Assembly (NCBI RefSeq): GCF_041381155.1 | Contig: NC_091144.1 | Coordinates: forward strand, 38,668,437 to 38,732,436 | DNA from: Argopecten irradians | Lineage: Eukaryota | DNA: 64,000 nt | Direction: 5' to 3' | Shown: positions 48,536-62,200 of the stretch, in pieces | Layout: the number at the start of each line of letters is the position of its first letter | Position numbering within the stretch: the first letter of the stretch is position 1 | Translations under genes and position numbers: made by a program | The notes under the pieces: model-generated | Seen by the model: the letters and a program-made list of their open reading frames with translations, nothing else | Databases searched by the model: none | What the model was told of the DNA's origin: nothing

Positions 48536-51500
48536 TGACATGTAATTGGGTGTTATCCTGTATTGTTACAACATCCAATGTATTCGCTTAAGCTCGGCTG
48601 TTTTCGTAAACATTTCTCGAAGAGATACGGATTCAGCCGATTACCACCGATTGATTTTTCTGCTTTCCAGTATGTTTCTCATGCGAAGAAAGTGTTGCTA
48701 AGTTGCTCATCAATACAAAAGTCGGTGTTTTCGTCATAGCTCATGTCTTACCAGAAACATTTATGATATTCGTGTATACAGACGTTATATGAACTAAGTA
48801 TATTTTATTTTAGCTATTTAAGCAACAAATAGATATTGAAGTGAGCGAGAATTTTGTCAAAAACATTACTGATTTATATATTGAGGTTAATTAACGGTTC
48901 ACTGATCTATGAAGATACCAAGACGATGATTTGTATATTAGCTGTTCCTGAAATACTCGCCGATAGTTTTTACCGAACCATTATTTTATACTTTTTGTGT
49001 AATATTATGCTACATTTTTACGGGACTTTTATTAATGAAAACAATGAGGGAAATGGTTTCCATGAGCGATTTAAAAAATTGTCACTGTCATATATCAACA
49101 ATGATAAAATTTTATTCCGTTCGATAACTTAATTTCTCTTGGTGTACCATTAAGTATAGTCTCAGTCAACCAGACTCTTGTTGGCTTAGCAAGCTACGCC
49201 AGACAGAGACCACATAGTATCAAGCTTCTGGTTGAACGAGACTACATAAAGAAATATAGCAAAATTTCGGAAAGAATTCCGGCAATCTTCGAATTGAAGA
49301 AACCGAAACTTCTCCGAAATGTTGCGATTGCATCAAGGAACGTGCTTGCTGATGAAAATTAATTCTTCAGTTATATTAATCAAGGTCATCATTTCGAAAA
49401 ATATAAATTGCATTTCCTGCGTCGAAATCAAATTTCATTTACCATGACTTTCAAAGTGTTTTGATTAAACTTCATTGCAATGTTTTGAACTGCTGTGCAA
49501 ACGACACATCATCCACTGCCTTGACATATTCTTGTTCATGTGAATGATTTTAATATTTCTTTACTTCTTAAATTACTGTAATGTTTTCTTTATTAAACCC
49601 AAAGTTGGCTTCATCGCAAATTTCATGATTGAACTTGAATATAGTTCCGAGAATATCTGTTTAATTTTTCTAGAATTCTGTTCATGCGATAATTAGACAA
49701 AAGCCAGTTTTAATGTGTTATGACTAGACTATTTTAGACGTATTATTCATATTTTGTTTACAATATACAGTGGACCCCCGGTAATCCGGACGTCGGTAGT
49801 CCGGAAAACTCAGTCCGGACAAAAATGGAAGGAAACGAATAACCATAATGTTACAGAACAGACTTTTAAAGTAACAGACTAAGAACATAGAATTCGTCAG
49901 TCCGAAAAATTCGTAATCCGGACGATTTAGGCCAGGATCGAAGGTGTCCGGATTACCGAGGGTTTATTATACATAACGTTGAAGAAGATAAAATTGCAAT
50001 TAGCACGCAAGTCTGAGAGAATTAAATAATTCAATTTTCTTTTGGCGTTTCTTTTAAGTATGTTATTGAAACCACACGAATCTTGAGATGATTTGTTACA
50101 ATTAATATTTATTTAGACCACCAGTGTTTCCGTAGAGTTAGCGTAAAGATGTTGGTGGACAGTTTACACCGCCAATCTGACTCTAACCATCGAAGAAAAA
50201 CGGGAAGTTTTCGGGCTTCAGTCAAAATTGGTGTATAAACAGCGTGACAATGGATGGATTCTAAAGATGAGGCTTAACTGCCGCTGCGACTTTCCAGATG
50301 AGTGGATCCACCAACACCTACAGTCTACAAACTGTAGTCGTCTGTCGTGTCCGAGACGTAACACAGTCACCTCAACCTGGACATCGGCACTGGAGACATG
50401 TAGTACAGGTCTGTACGTCTCCAGACAGATGCGTCACTGTTGGTGCTTTAGGCTGACGCTAAGGACGGTAGTGTCATGACACTGGCGAAGCAGACGACAA
50501 TCCGGACCTTACGACGGTTGATCCTGTTCACCAAGAGGTGGTTATGGATATGACAGAGGCGTCAACGTCATGGTGTCGTTCGGAGAGTGATGTGGTCGCT
50601 GTCATTCCGGTAAATAAATCGTCTATCAATGTCCCGCAGAAACAACCCCCAACGAATGGATATAGATCGGTCAGTCCTAATCCGTCTCCCAATAGTCTCG
50701 ACAACCTGGACCAGCTCACAAGGATCTTCTTCACAAGGACGTTTTAGAGGTCTAGATCAAAAACCGATAAAAATCATATTCTACATGGTACTACTTGTAT
50801 ATAGTACCCTGTAGAATATGATTTTCATCATTTTTGATCTAGACCTCTAACACGTCTAAAAATGGTCTTAGGGTACACTGTTGGGTCCATAATCTGTAAC
50901 TAATTCTCAGATCCCTGTGGACCAGCTGCCAAAGACTGCTCCGGCATTCACTCCTCCGTCTGATGTCAGTCCCAATTGCGACATCTCGGAGTAATTTCCG
51001 TGAATCTTCGGAAATATTCCGAAGATTACCGGAAATTTCTCCGAGGGGATCCGATTGATGTCAGTCCATGGATAAACGGACGAAGCGGCAAGTAGTGAAG
51101 AAACATCTGTCCAACTGTGTCCGCTGCTATTGTTTCCGGTTTAGAGGGAGTTATCGAGGAGGAGTTCACCGGACTGCAGCGGTTTGTCGTGGTGGATGAG
51201 GTTAGTTCGTGCGACGGAGAGTCACAGTGCCAAAACTCTTAGACCTAAAATAGTTTTATTCAAGATCACCTAGATGCTGATGGTTTTTCTCCTGGTACCC
51301 CGACTTCCCTCATCTCCTGAACTGGCATAGATAATCTTGACTATTATATGAAGTAAAACTAAATAAACAACCGCAGCTACTCTCCACCTTTTGTGTATAT
51401 CTTCACAATATAAAACTATATCCAAAGAAAACCTAAATCACAAACACGGTTTACACCACTCTCCTCAAAAAGAAAGGTCAAAAGTTTTTTTATCATTTCT

Positions 51501-53806
51501 TTGTAATACAAGATGCGTGTCAGGTTTTAACAGACGTGGAGAATAGGTGATGTACGTGACATGTCGGGAGTAATTTCCGGCAATCTTGACGGAAACGCTC
51601 CGAGATCAGGGGCGGATTTAGGTTTTGAGGTTAGAGGGGGCGTGGGACAAAGCAAATCAGGCGAGGGGTCTGGGGGCCTAGCTCTCGAATAAATGGTGCA
51701 ACCTCCTGCATTTAAGGATGTTTATTTATGGTTTCGTGTCATATTTTTTATTTGAAGTTTTGATTGAATTTTTTTACTTACAGAATTGCATTATCAAAAT
51801 CTTAATATTTATATGGACATAAAGCGGAGAAGGGCGGGGTCTGGGGGCCGCCTAGGCCCCCAAGGCGGCCCCCAGAAGCCCTCGAATAAATGTACACTTT
51901 TTCCAAAAAATAATTGAAGCCATGTAAAAATGTTCGTTTATTATTTTTGACGTCTAATGTCATATTTTGAATATAAAGTTATAGAATTGCACTGCCTAAA
52001 ATCTGAATATCTATTCATAGAGGCACGAAGCAAAGAAAAGGATGGGGGTCTGGGGGCCGCCTAGAACGAATATACTTATTACTTACCCGGCCTACTATGC
52101 CTTTAGGCCGGGTACCAATTTGTCCCTATGTATCGTAGTGGAGCACTTCCTCCGAAAATCACTCGGGCACAGTTTTTCATACTTTTTTGAAGGTTTTGAA
52201 GTAATAGGGAACAATTGTAGCTCTAAAGAAGACACCATTTTCAGTCTAAAAGTCTTTTGAGCTACAATATTGCAGCTAGGGTCCGCCTATTGAAGGTTTT
52301 TATAGGACTAATGAAAGTGTATGTGAACTTTTTTAACTATATAAGCTTTTACTTTTATACATTATCTGTCAGATAAGATAATTTATTTTCCCTAACTTAC
52401 ACAATCTTCATAATTCGTGTATTGGACAATGAAAGAAAAGAAGGTTAGTGGTCTTGTCTATGGCTATAAGGTGCCAGGAGCCATTGCTATCATCCTGTTT
52501 TCTAATAGGGAGCCTTTTGTCATGTGCATTAATTTTTTAACATCGTTTGCCTATCTTATAACATTATCGTTAAGATATGTTTTTATTGAAACAAAAAAGG
52601 AAGGCATCTGGCCATGGGATGCACCCAAACCCTAGAAGCTCTCATTTTCTGTCGCATTCCACTTTTTTCTTTACACACATTTTCTTAGGACAAATAAAGG
52701 CTTCTAGAAGCATTCGGCATCATAGTGATTCAGTAACTCGTTTTGGCCGGAATACGCACACATTTTGATTGATAGTCTAGTTTAATCACAGGATTTAATG
52801 TTGATTCCAAAATGGTGATAGTTTGCTTATTTACAACCTTCGGAAAATGGAATGATAATATATTTGAAAGCGAATACTCATGACCCAAGCTGCAATTTAT
52901 TTCCACCCATCCCTTTGACTTGCCCATATTCTTTTATTGCTAAGGATACGAGATAAATAACCTGTCAATATTGAATATTTTATGAAATGTCATTATCTAA
53001 TATATTGGGAAATTTAATGATATAATGCGAATTGACCAATTCAATTTAAAAATCTAAATACTTGAAGGGATTTAAATTGTACCTTTAAATGGAGATAAAC
53101 CTTAACTTATATTTATAAGTATTCCATTGCGCCTGGATACAAGTATGTTCATGCATGTATGTACCACAAAGTCGAATACATTTAGATTTTAAAATGATAA
53201 CATCAAACGGTAAAGGTAGGAAATGGAGCTTTCTGTCTAATTCTCACTCTTTATCTAATTCCTTAATTTTTTCCCTTTTTTCCCTCCTTTTTTTTTCTTT
53301 CTTCCTTCTTTTCCTTCCTTCCCCTCTTTCTTTTTCCCTTCTTTTTCCTTTTTCTTTTTTTTCTCTCTCCTATTTTAGGGGGGGCGTACGCCGGGTCCGC
53401 CCCCCCTTGGATCCGCGCCTGGAGATGATCCGATTTGCAATCATGTCAAAACTCTTAGACCGAAAGTAGTTTTTATTCTAGATCGCCTAGACGGTTAACA
53501 ATAATTACAGATGAAAGTGATCTATCCTCGTCCATTACCTGGATTTTGCTACCTTTCTGATCACCACTGTCGGACTGACCTGGCGGAGATAAACGAAGGG
53601 AAGTAACTCTGATAGGTCAGAATGGTTTCGGACTGAGGGGGACCGCGGGGTTACAGAAATACGGTTGTCTGATGTAAAAATAGGGCTTCCTGAGACTGAC
53701 CCGTCTAACGACTATTCATATAATTTACAAGCTTATCAACTAAGCGGAAGCTGAAAACCGGCTTAGTATTTAAATTTCATTTTTTTCTGATAAATATTGT
53801 CGGATT

Positions 53807-54169
53807 TTAAAGATGCTCCACCGCCGACAAATGGTATTTTTTCACTATCAAAAACAGAAGACGATTTAGTATTTTTCTTCAGTTACAAAAGTTACTTACT
53901 TTACACCATTACCAACATTGAAAAGTACGAGCTTCTTATTTTACTTCAAGTTAAAAATATGAAAAATTATTAATTGCATCCCGAAAAAATTCCGTGGCAC
54001 TATATCCCATATTTTGAATGAAGTACTGATTGCGCATGCACCAAAGGCAAAATAAATTATTTCATATTATTTTTTGTGTTAATTATACATATATATATAC
54101 GATAGTACACCAATTATTATTCAAATATGGAATTTCATTTATGCTCTGTCGGCGGTGGAGCATCTTTAA
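53807..54169. mobile_element. TTAA-flanked MITE family B, full-length copy, nested in macro-repeat unit 1.
   Basis: ttaaagatgctccaccgccgacaaatggtattttttcactatcaaaaacagaag...tgctctgtcggcggtggagcatctttaa. Confidence 0.85.
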
Positions 54170-54289
54170 TAGTGACAACGATTTTTTTGTGACCTACAAT
54201 GTAGGACCGCATGTAGGAAATGCGCCGCGCAGCGAAAAAATTTTCTAGAATGAAGTACGAAAAATGTGTAGGAGGACCCTTTTTTCTTT

Positions 54290-54440
54290 CAAATAAGCAT
54301 TTTTTAGAAAATTTCAGTCGGCGAAAATGGGGGGGGGGGGGGGCAAAAAAAGACATGTTTGCCCCCCCCCCCCCGTCCTGGAGAACGGGGGGGGGGGGGG
54401 CAGTTGCCCCCCCTCCCCCCCCCCCCCCGCTTCCTACGCC
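54290..54440. other. Alternating long G and C homopolymer tracts (G15, C14, G13, C7, C15), present only in macro-repeat unit 2.
   Basis: ggggggggggggggcaaaaaaagacatgtttgcccccccccccccgtcctggagaacgggggggggggggcagttgccccccctccccccccccccccgc. It gives rise to the poly-Gly/Pro pseudo-ORFs 54135-54497, 54220-54510, 54304-54642 and 54359-54781. Confidence 0.9.
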
Positions 54441-57400
54441 CCTTGAATCTGACTCTAACCATCGAGGAAAAACGGGAAGCTTTCGGGCTACAGTCAAAAT
54501 TGGTGTATAAACAGCGTGACAATGGATGGATTCTAGAGATGAGGCTTAACTGCCGCTGTGACTTTCCAGATGAGTGGATCCACCAACACCTACAGTCTAC
54601 AAACTGTAGTCGTCTGTCGTGTCCGAGACGTAACACAGTCACCTCAAATTGGCACTGGAGACATGTACAGACGTTCGTCTCCAGACAGATGCGTCACTGT
54701 TGGTGCTTTAGGCTGACGCTGAGGAAGGTAGTGTCACGACACTGGCGAAGCAGACGACAATCCGGACCTTACGACGGTTGATCCTGTTCACCAAGAGGTG
54801 GTTATGGATATGACAGAGGCGTCAACGTCATGGTGTCGTTCGGAGAGTGATGTGGTCGCGGTCATTTCCGGTAAATAAATCGGCTATCAATGTCCCGCAG
54901 AAACAACCCCCAACGAATGCATATAGATCGGTCCAGTCCTAATCGTCTCCCAATAGCCTCGACAACCCTGGAACCAGCTCACAAGGGATCTTCTTCACAA
55001 GGGACGTTTTAGAGGTCTAGATCAAGTAACCGATAAAAAATCATATTCTAACATGGTACTACTTGTATATAGTACCCTGTAGAAATATGATTTCATCATT
55101 TTGATCTAGACCTCTAACACGTCTAAAATGGTCTTAGGGTACACTGTTGGGTCCATAATCTGTAACTAATTCTCAGATCCCAGTTGGACCAGCTGCCAAA
55201 GACTGCTCCGGCATTCACTCCTCCGTCTGATGTCAGTCCCAATCGCGACATTCTCGAAGTAATTTCCGTGAATTTTCGGAATATTTTCTCCGAGGAGATC
55301 CAGATTGATGGTCAGTTTCAATCATGGGATAGTAGTAAACGGACTCGAAGCCGTGCAAGTATTGAAGTAAACATCATGTCCATCTGTGTCCAGACTGCTT
55401 ATTGTTTTCCGGTTTTAGAGAAGTTATCGAGGAGGAGTTCACCGGACTGCAGCGGGTGTGTCTGTGGTGGATGAGGTTGAGTTAGAGTGACGGAGAGTCC
55501 AGTTGCCAAAACTCTTAGACGCTAACATAGTTTTATTCAACGAATCATCCTAGACGCTTGATGGTTTATATCTCTGGTACCCCCGGCTTCCCTGCATCTC
55601 ATGTACTGGCTTAGGTAATCTTGACTATTATATGAAAGTAAAACTAAATAAAACCCAATCGCAGTCTACTGCTCCACCATTTGTGTAAAACTCCTCACAC
55701 TATAAAACTCTATCCAAAGAAAACCTTAAATCAACAAACACGGTTTACACCACTCTCCCTCAAAAAGAAAGGTCAAAAGTTTTTTTATCATTTCTTTGTA
55801 ATACAAGATGCGTGTCAGTTTTAACAGAGGGGGAGAATAGTGTAATATACGTGACATGTCGGGAGTAATTTCCGGCAATCTTGACAGAAACGCTCCGAGA
55901 TATCGAAGGGAAGTTTAAGGCTGATATGGACATAAAAGTCTCGGCCTGTGAAGGACGCGCGGTGTTACAGAGATTGTGTGGCCGCCTGAGGCCATAAATA
56001 GGCCGGCCTGCGAGTGAACCGTCTAACGACGTAAAAGTACACTTTTTCCAGCTTATCAATTTAAGCGGAAGCTGTAAAAATGTTCGTTAGTATGATTTTT
56101 TTTTTGACGTCTAATGTCAATATTTGAATATAAAGTTTTCTAGAAGTGCACTGCCTTAAAATCTGAATATCTATTCATAGAGGCACGAAGCAAAGAAAAG
56201 GATGGGGGTCTGGGGCCGCCTAGCACGAATATACTAATACTTACCCGCTACTATTCCTTTAGAGCCGGTACCACTTTGTCCCAATGTATCGTAGTGGAGC
56301 ACTTCCTCCGAAAATCACTCGGGCACAGTTTTTCATACTTTTTGAAGTATTGAAAGTAATGGAACAATTATGAAGCTCTAAAAGACGACACCATGTTTCA
56401 GTCTACCAGTCTTTGAGCTACAAAATAGCAGCAATGTAGACCGCCTCATTAAGTTTTTATAGGAGTAATGAAAGTGTATGTAACTTTTTTAATCGATATA
56501 AGCTTTTACTTTTATACATTAGTGTCAGATAACATAATTTATTTTCCCTAACTTACACAATCTTCATAATTCGTGTAATTGTCCGAATGGCAATGAAATA
56601 GTGGTCTTGTTATGGCTATAAGGTGAAAGGAGCAAATTGCTATCATCCTGTTTTCTAATAGGGAGCCTTTTGTCATGTGCATTAATTTTTTAAACATCGT
56701 TTGCCTATTTTTATAACATTATCGTTAAGATAAAAATTTATTGAAACAAAAAAAAAGGTAAGGCAATCTGGCCATGGGGATGCACCCAAACCCTTGAAAC
56801 GAATCATTTCTTTTCTGTCGCATTTAACTTTTTTCTTTACACACATTTTCTTAGGACAAATAAAGGCTTCTAGAAGTATTGATTCGGTGCAGTAGTGATT
56901 TTGTAACTGGCGTTTTTGAAAAATTACGCACACATTTGTGAATTGATAGTCGGATTTAATACAGGACTTTAAGTGATTCAAAAACGTGTAATATATCATT
57001 TATGGACAACATGGAAAACGAAGGGAATGATATGGTTTTTAAAACGCGAATACTCATGGCCAGCTACAATTCTTTCCACCCCACCCCTTGCCCCTTTTCT
57101 TTTATTGCTAAGTATCGAGATGTATAATGTCAATATTGAAATATTAATGACAATAAATTATCTAATATATTGGGATTTTATCGGACAACCCTTTTTTTTT
57201 TTTTTGAAAAAGTAATACTTGAAGGGATTTACATTGTACCTTTTAAGCGATGGAGATAAAACCTTAACTTACACGAAAAAAATATATATCGATTCCATTG
57301 CGCCTGGATACAAGTAACAAGATGAAAGTGATCTATCCTCGTCCATTACCTGGAATTTGTACTACTTTTCTGATCAGCACTGTCGGACTGAACTGGCGGA

Positions 57401-58300
57401 GATAAACGAAGGGAAGTAACTCTGATAGGTCAAAATGGTTTCGGACTGAGGGGGGCCGCGCGGTTACAGAAATGTGGTTGTCTGATGTAAAAATAGGGCT
57501 TCCTGAGAGTGACCCGTCTAACGACTATACATATAATTTACAAGCTTATCAACTAAGCGGAAGCTGAAAACCGGCCTAGTATTTAAATTTCTTTTTTTTT
57601 TCTGATAAATATTGTCGGATTTTAAAGATGCTCCACCGCCGACAAATGGTATTTTTTCACTATCAAAAACAGAAGACGATTTAGTATTTTTCTTCAGTTA
57701 CAAAAGTTACTTACTTTACACCATTACCAACATTGAAAAGTACGAGCTTCTTATTTTACTTCAAGTTAAAAATATGAAAAATTATTAATTGCATCCCGAA
57801 AAAATTCCGTGGCACTATATCCTATATGGAATGAAGTACTGATTGCGCATGCACCAAAGGCAAAATAAATTATTTCATATTATTTTTTGTGTTAATTATA
57901 CATATATATATACGATAGTACACCAATTATTATTCAAATATTGAATTTCATTTATGCTCTGTCGGCGGTGGAGCATCTTTAATAGTGACAACGATTTTTT
58001 GTGACCTACAATGTAGGACCGCACATAACCCATGTGGTCTATATGCGGTGCAGCGAAAGAAATTTTCTACCTGAGTACGAAACTATGTGTAGCAGGACCC
58101 TCGAGTTTTTCCAGGGGTAGTCAAATACGATTTTTACACTCCGTGTCTATTTCACAGCTAAAATGAAGGGGCACTCAGGGCAACGAATCTGAACCAATCA
58201 CAGGTCCCCCCCAACAATGTCTTGAAGACTACGTGTCTGACCTCAAAACCCAAAACCCTACAGTGTACTCCGTTATACGGCCTTTTGATGTACATCAAAC
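54440..58300. repeat. Macro tandem repeat, unit 2 (~3.9 kb).
   Basis: Same module order A-B-C as unit 1. Module B shares tcgaataaatgtacactttttcc...gatgggggtctgggggccgcctag...gtatcgtagtggagcacttcctccgaaaatcactcgggcacag with unit 1. Confidence 0.85.
57622..57982. mobile_element. TTAA-flanked MITE family B, full-length copy, nested in macro-repeat unit 2.
   Basis: Near-identical to 53807-54169, with the same TIRs and TTAA flanks. Confidence 0.85.
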
Positions 58301-60350
58301 GAAATTATCTGACTCTAACCATCGTGGAAAACCTGGAAGCTTTCGTCAGGGTTGCAAAGTGGACGTATGTCAAAATTGGTAGTAAAACTCTGTGACAATG
58401 GGGATTTCTAGAGATGAGGCTTAACTGCCGCTGTGACTACCAGATGACCAGTGGATCCACCAACACCTACCGTCTACAAACTGTAGTCGTCTGTCGTGTC
58501 CGAGACGTAACACAGTCACCTTAAAATTGGCACTGGAGACATTAAGTAAGACGTTCGTCTCCAGACAATCTGTCATGTTGGTGCTTTAGCGTGACGCTGA
58601 GGAAGGTAGTGGTCACGACACAGGCGAAGCAAGACCACAATCCGGACCTTACGACGGTTGATCCTGTTCCACCAAGAGGTGGTTTCTGGATATGACCGAG
58701 CGTCAACGTCATGGTGTCGTTCGGAGAGTGATGTGTCGCGGTCATTCCGGTAAATAAAAATCGCTATCAATGACCCAGAAACAACCCCAACGAATGCAAA
58801 TAGATCGGTCAGTCCTAATCCGTCTCCCAATAGCCTCGATCAAACACGGCTGGACCAGCTCACTAGGGATCTTCTTCACACTAAGACTTTTATAGAGGTC
58901 TGAGAATCAAAAACCAGATAAAAATCATATTCTACTGAACATGTACTACTTTGTATATAGCTACCCCTGTAGAATCATGATTTCATCATTTCACGTGAAT
59001 CTAGCACCAAATCATACACAGCGTATAAAAAGGTTCCTTGAGGGCGTAGGAATCACACAGGTTGGGTCCATAATCTGTAAGCAAGTTCGCAGAACGTCCC
59101 AGTCGCACGGTGCAGCTGGCCAAAGACATGCTCTACTCTCGGCATTCACCACCTCCGGACTGCTGTCAGGTCCCCAATCGCGAGAGCATCTCGAAACGTA
59201 ATTTACACGTGAATTTTTTCCGGAATTTGCTCGCGAGGGGATCCCGATTGATGTCCGTCCCATAGGAAAAAGTAAAAAACGGACGAAGCTGGCAATTGAG
59301 TAGAAAGAAACATCTGGCCAACTGTTTGGCCGCTTTCTATTGTTTGTCCATTTATACTCACGGTTTATGAGGGAGTTTAATCGAGGAGGAGTTTCAACCG
59401 GACTAACCAGCGGCTTTGTCGTGGGTGATGAGGTTAGTTCGTCGCGACTGGAGAGTCCACGCTTTTATCTCAAGATTCACCAAGATGGCCAGATAGGATG
59501 TTTTCTCCTGGTACTTCCGGCTTCCCTCATCTCCTGAACTGGCATTGCATAAATCTTAGACTAATATATGAAGTAAAACTAAATATAACAACTCGCAGCT
59601 ACTCTCCACCTTTTGTGTATATCCTCACAATAGAAAACTCTATCCAAAGAAACTTAACTAAAATCAAAACACGGGTTTACAACCACGTGCAATCCATCAA
59701 AAATATGATCAAAAAGTTTTTTTAATCATGTTCTTTTGTAATCACAAGATGCTGTTCAGGTTTTTAACAGAGTGTGGAGATGAGGTGATATACGTGACAT
59801 GTCGGGGAGTAATTTCCGCCGCAATTCGTTGACAGAAACGCTCCGAGATGAATCCGATTTTCAATCAATGGTCAAAACTCTTAGACCGAAAGTAGTTTTA
59901 TTCTAGATCACCTAGACCCTCGAACAATAATTAACAGATGAAAGTGATCTAATCCTCGTCCATTACCTGGAATTTTTCCTACCATTTCTGAACACCACTG
60001 TCGGACTGACCTGGCGGAAGATAAACGAAGGGAAGTAAAGCTGATTAGGTCTTTTTTTTTTTTTGTATAAAATATTTTTTTGTTTGTATGGTCTCGGTCC
60101 TGAGAGGGACCGCGCGGTTACAGAGGATGTTGTTGTCTGATGCAAAAAAAAATAAGGCTTCCTGAGAGTGACCCGTCTAACGACTATACATATGATTTAC
60201 GAAGCTTATCAACTAAGCGGAAGCTGAAAACCGCCTAGTATTTAAATTTCATTTTTTTTACTGATAAATATTGTCGATTTTAAGACAACCCATTTTCACT
60301 ATTGTGACCTACAATGTAGGACTTACGCACATAACGAGCTTCATGTGGTC
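58300..60350. repeat. Macro tandem repeat, unit 3 (partial and more diverged: module A plus part of module C).
   Basis: ctgactctaaccatcgtggaaaacctggaagctttcg...ggttgatcctgttccaccaagaggtgg...gtgacctacaatgtaggac. It contains many indels relative to units 1 and 2. Confidence 0.75.
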
Positions 60351-61624
60351 GTATCCCCTACAATATCCGTGGACGACCAGTGAAGAAATTACCAACAGAG
60401 AAAATAAATACATATTATTTTTTGTGATAATTAAACTATATATAGTGAGCAATATTATTCAAATATTAATTTCATTTACTCCAGGGGTTTCGCATTACTT
60501 ACGATCTCTACACTCCTTGACTATTTCACAGCAAAACAGAGAAGGCAGCTCAGCAAAACTGAAACAAATCTGAACCAATCACAGTGTCTGATGCACAAAA
60601 AAGTTCTTTGAAGACTACAGAAAAGGCGTTAAGGGTCAAAACCGGCCTTATACCACTCTGACCTAAACTGCCCCAATTAGTCCTATTATCTGTTTTGCCC
60701 GTTTAAATTTGTTAAAGAGTATATGCATTTCATATTTAACACTGTAACATATTCACTAACAAATATATATTTATGCGAACAATTTCCATCATTTACGGGG
60801 AGAAGGGAAGAATAGGTCATAGAAAGGAGTAAGGAAAACGCAAAAATAAGTCGTTAAGTATATGTGTATTTATCAATTATGGACCTTTGTTGATGTCTAT
60901 ATGGTGTTATAACGCCTTTGATATAATTAAATAATGGCCGAGGATGTAGACTGAGATCATTAATTTCTATATTTGGTATGTATAATTCCTTTGAAAAAAT
61001 GTCTAAAGAATTTTCCGACTTACATTCAATTACAGGTTACAGGACGTCACCCTGAAGAACTCAACGTTTGAGTAATGATGTCACAGAAGGTATATTGACT
61101 CGATGTTTCTAAAAATGGAAACTTCGAGTCGAGTGCTATAGTATATATAGAACCACGCGTGACCATGTAATTACCAATAGAAAAAAGCAAGATCAGAGCA
61201 TATCTAAAACAGTCAATATACCTTCCAGTTACGTCATTACGCAAATGTTGAATTTTTCAGACTGGCATCATGTAGCCATCGTTCTTCCTGTCGTGTAATG
61301 AACATATAAGTCAGATAATTCTTTTGGCAATAATCAAAGGAACAACATATCTATTATAGAAATTGAGAACCTTTGATTGGTTCCATAAATGATAAATATA
61401 GCGACGTTTACATGTATATGTATAAAGATAATTTTTCGGTAAGATTTGATGATTTACATACATCATAATACAATAAAATTACAGAGCACATAAGGTTTAC
61501 ATTTGGACATCTTAAAGCTTGTATATTTGTAAGATAATTCATAGAATGTATGCTTATGAGATATCTTATACAACGTGAGACCTTTTTTTTCTTTTTAAGA
61601 TTAAAAAAAAAAAAAAGTTTTTTT

Positions 61625-62200
61625 TTCGGGACGTAGTGCACTCCGTGTCTACCTGTAGTCTATAAACGTAGTGCACTCCGTGTCTACATGTAGTCTAAAT
61701 CTTGTGCATCTGGCACTCCGTGTCTAAAACCTGTAGTCTATAAACGTAGTGCACTCCGTGTCTACCTGTAGTCTATAAACGTAGTGCACTCCGTGTCTAC
61801 CTGTAGTCTATAAACGTAGTGCACTCCGTGTCTACCTGTAGTCTATAAACGTAGTGCACTCCGTGTCTACCTGTAGTCTATAAACGTAGTGCACTCCGTG
61901 TCTACCTGTAGTCTAAATCTTGTGCACTCCGTGTCTACCTGTAGTCTATAAACGTAGTGCACTCCGTGTCTACCTGTAGTCTAATTCCTGTGCACTCCGT
62001 GTCTACCTGTAGTCTAAAACGTTGTGCACTCCGTGTCTACCTGTAGTCTAAATCTTGTGCACTCCGTGTCTACCTGTAGTCTAATTCCTGTGCACCTCCG
62101 TGTCTACCTGTAGTCTATAAACGTAGTGCACTCCGTGTCTACCTGTAGTCTAATTCCTGTGCACTCCGTGTCTACCTGTAGTCTAAACGTAGTACACTCC
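61625..62200. repeat. Minisatellite with a ~36-bp unit, about 16 copies.
   Basis: acgtagtgcactccgtgtctacctgtagtctataa is repeated, with variants ...ctaaatcttgtgcactccg and ...ctaattcctgtgcactccg. Confidence 0.9.

Larger units (their letters stand above)
50160..54440. repeat. Macro tandem repeat, unit 1 (~4.3 kb): module A (~1.45 kb, 50160-51610), module B (~1.9 kb) and module C (~0.8 kb, containing the TTAA-MITE).
   Basis: Collinear at about 85-95% identity with 54440-58300 and partially with 58300-60350. Examples include ctgactctaaccatcg...gtcaaaattggtgtataaacagcgtgacaatggatgg, ggttgatcctgttcaccaagaggtgg and ggtcaaaagtttttttatcatttctttgtaatacaagatgc. Confidence 0.85.

Noticed and set aside
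53155-53469. Track ORF 53155-53469 (+), 104 aa, Ser/Leu/Phe-rich
   Set aside because: It is a translation of a CT-rich microsatellite (ttccttcttttccttcc) inside macro-repeat module B.
54135-54781. Gly/Pro-rich ORFs (54135-54497 -, 54220-54510 +, 54304-54642 -, 54359-54781 +) and the similar 50228-50479
   Set aside because: They are driven by poly-G and poly-C homopolymer tracts and by a repeat module whose reading frames are not conserved between the three macro-repeat units.
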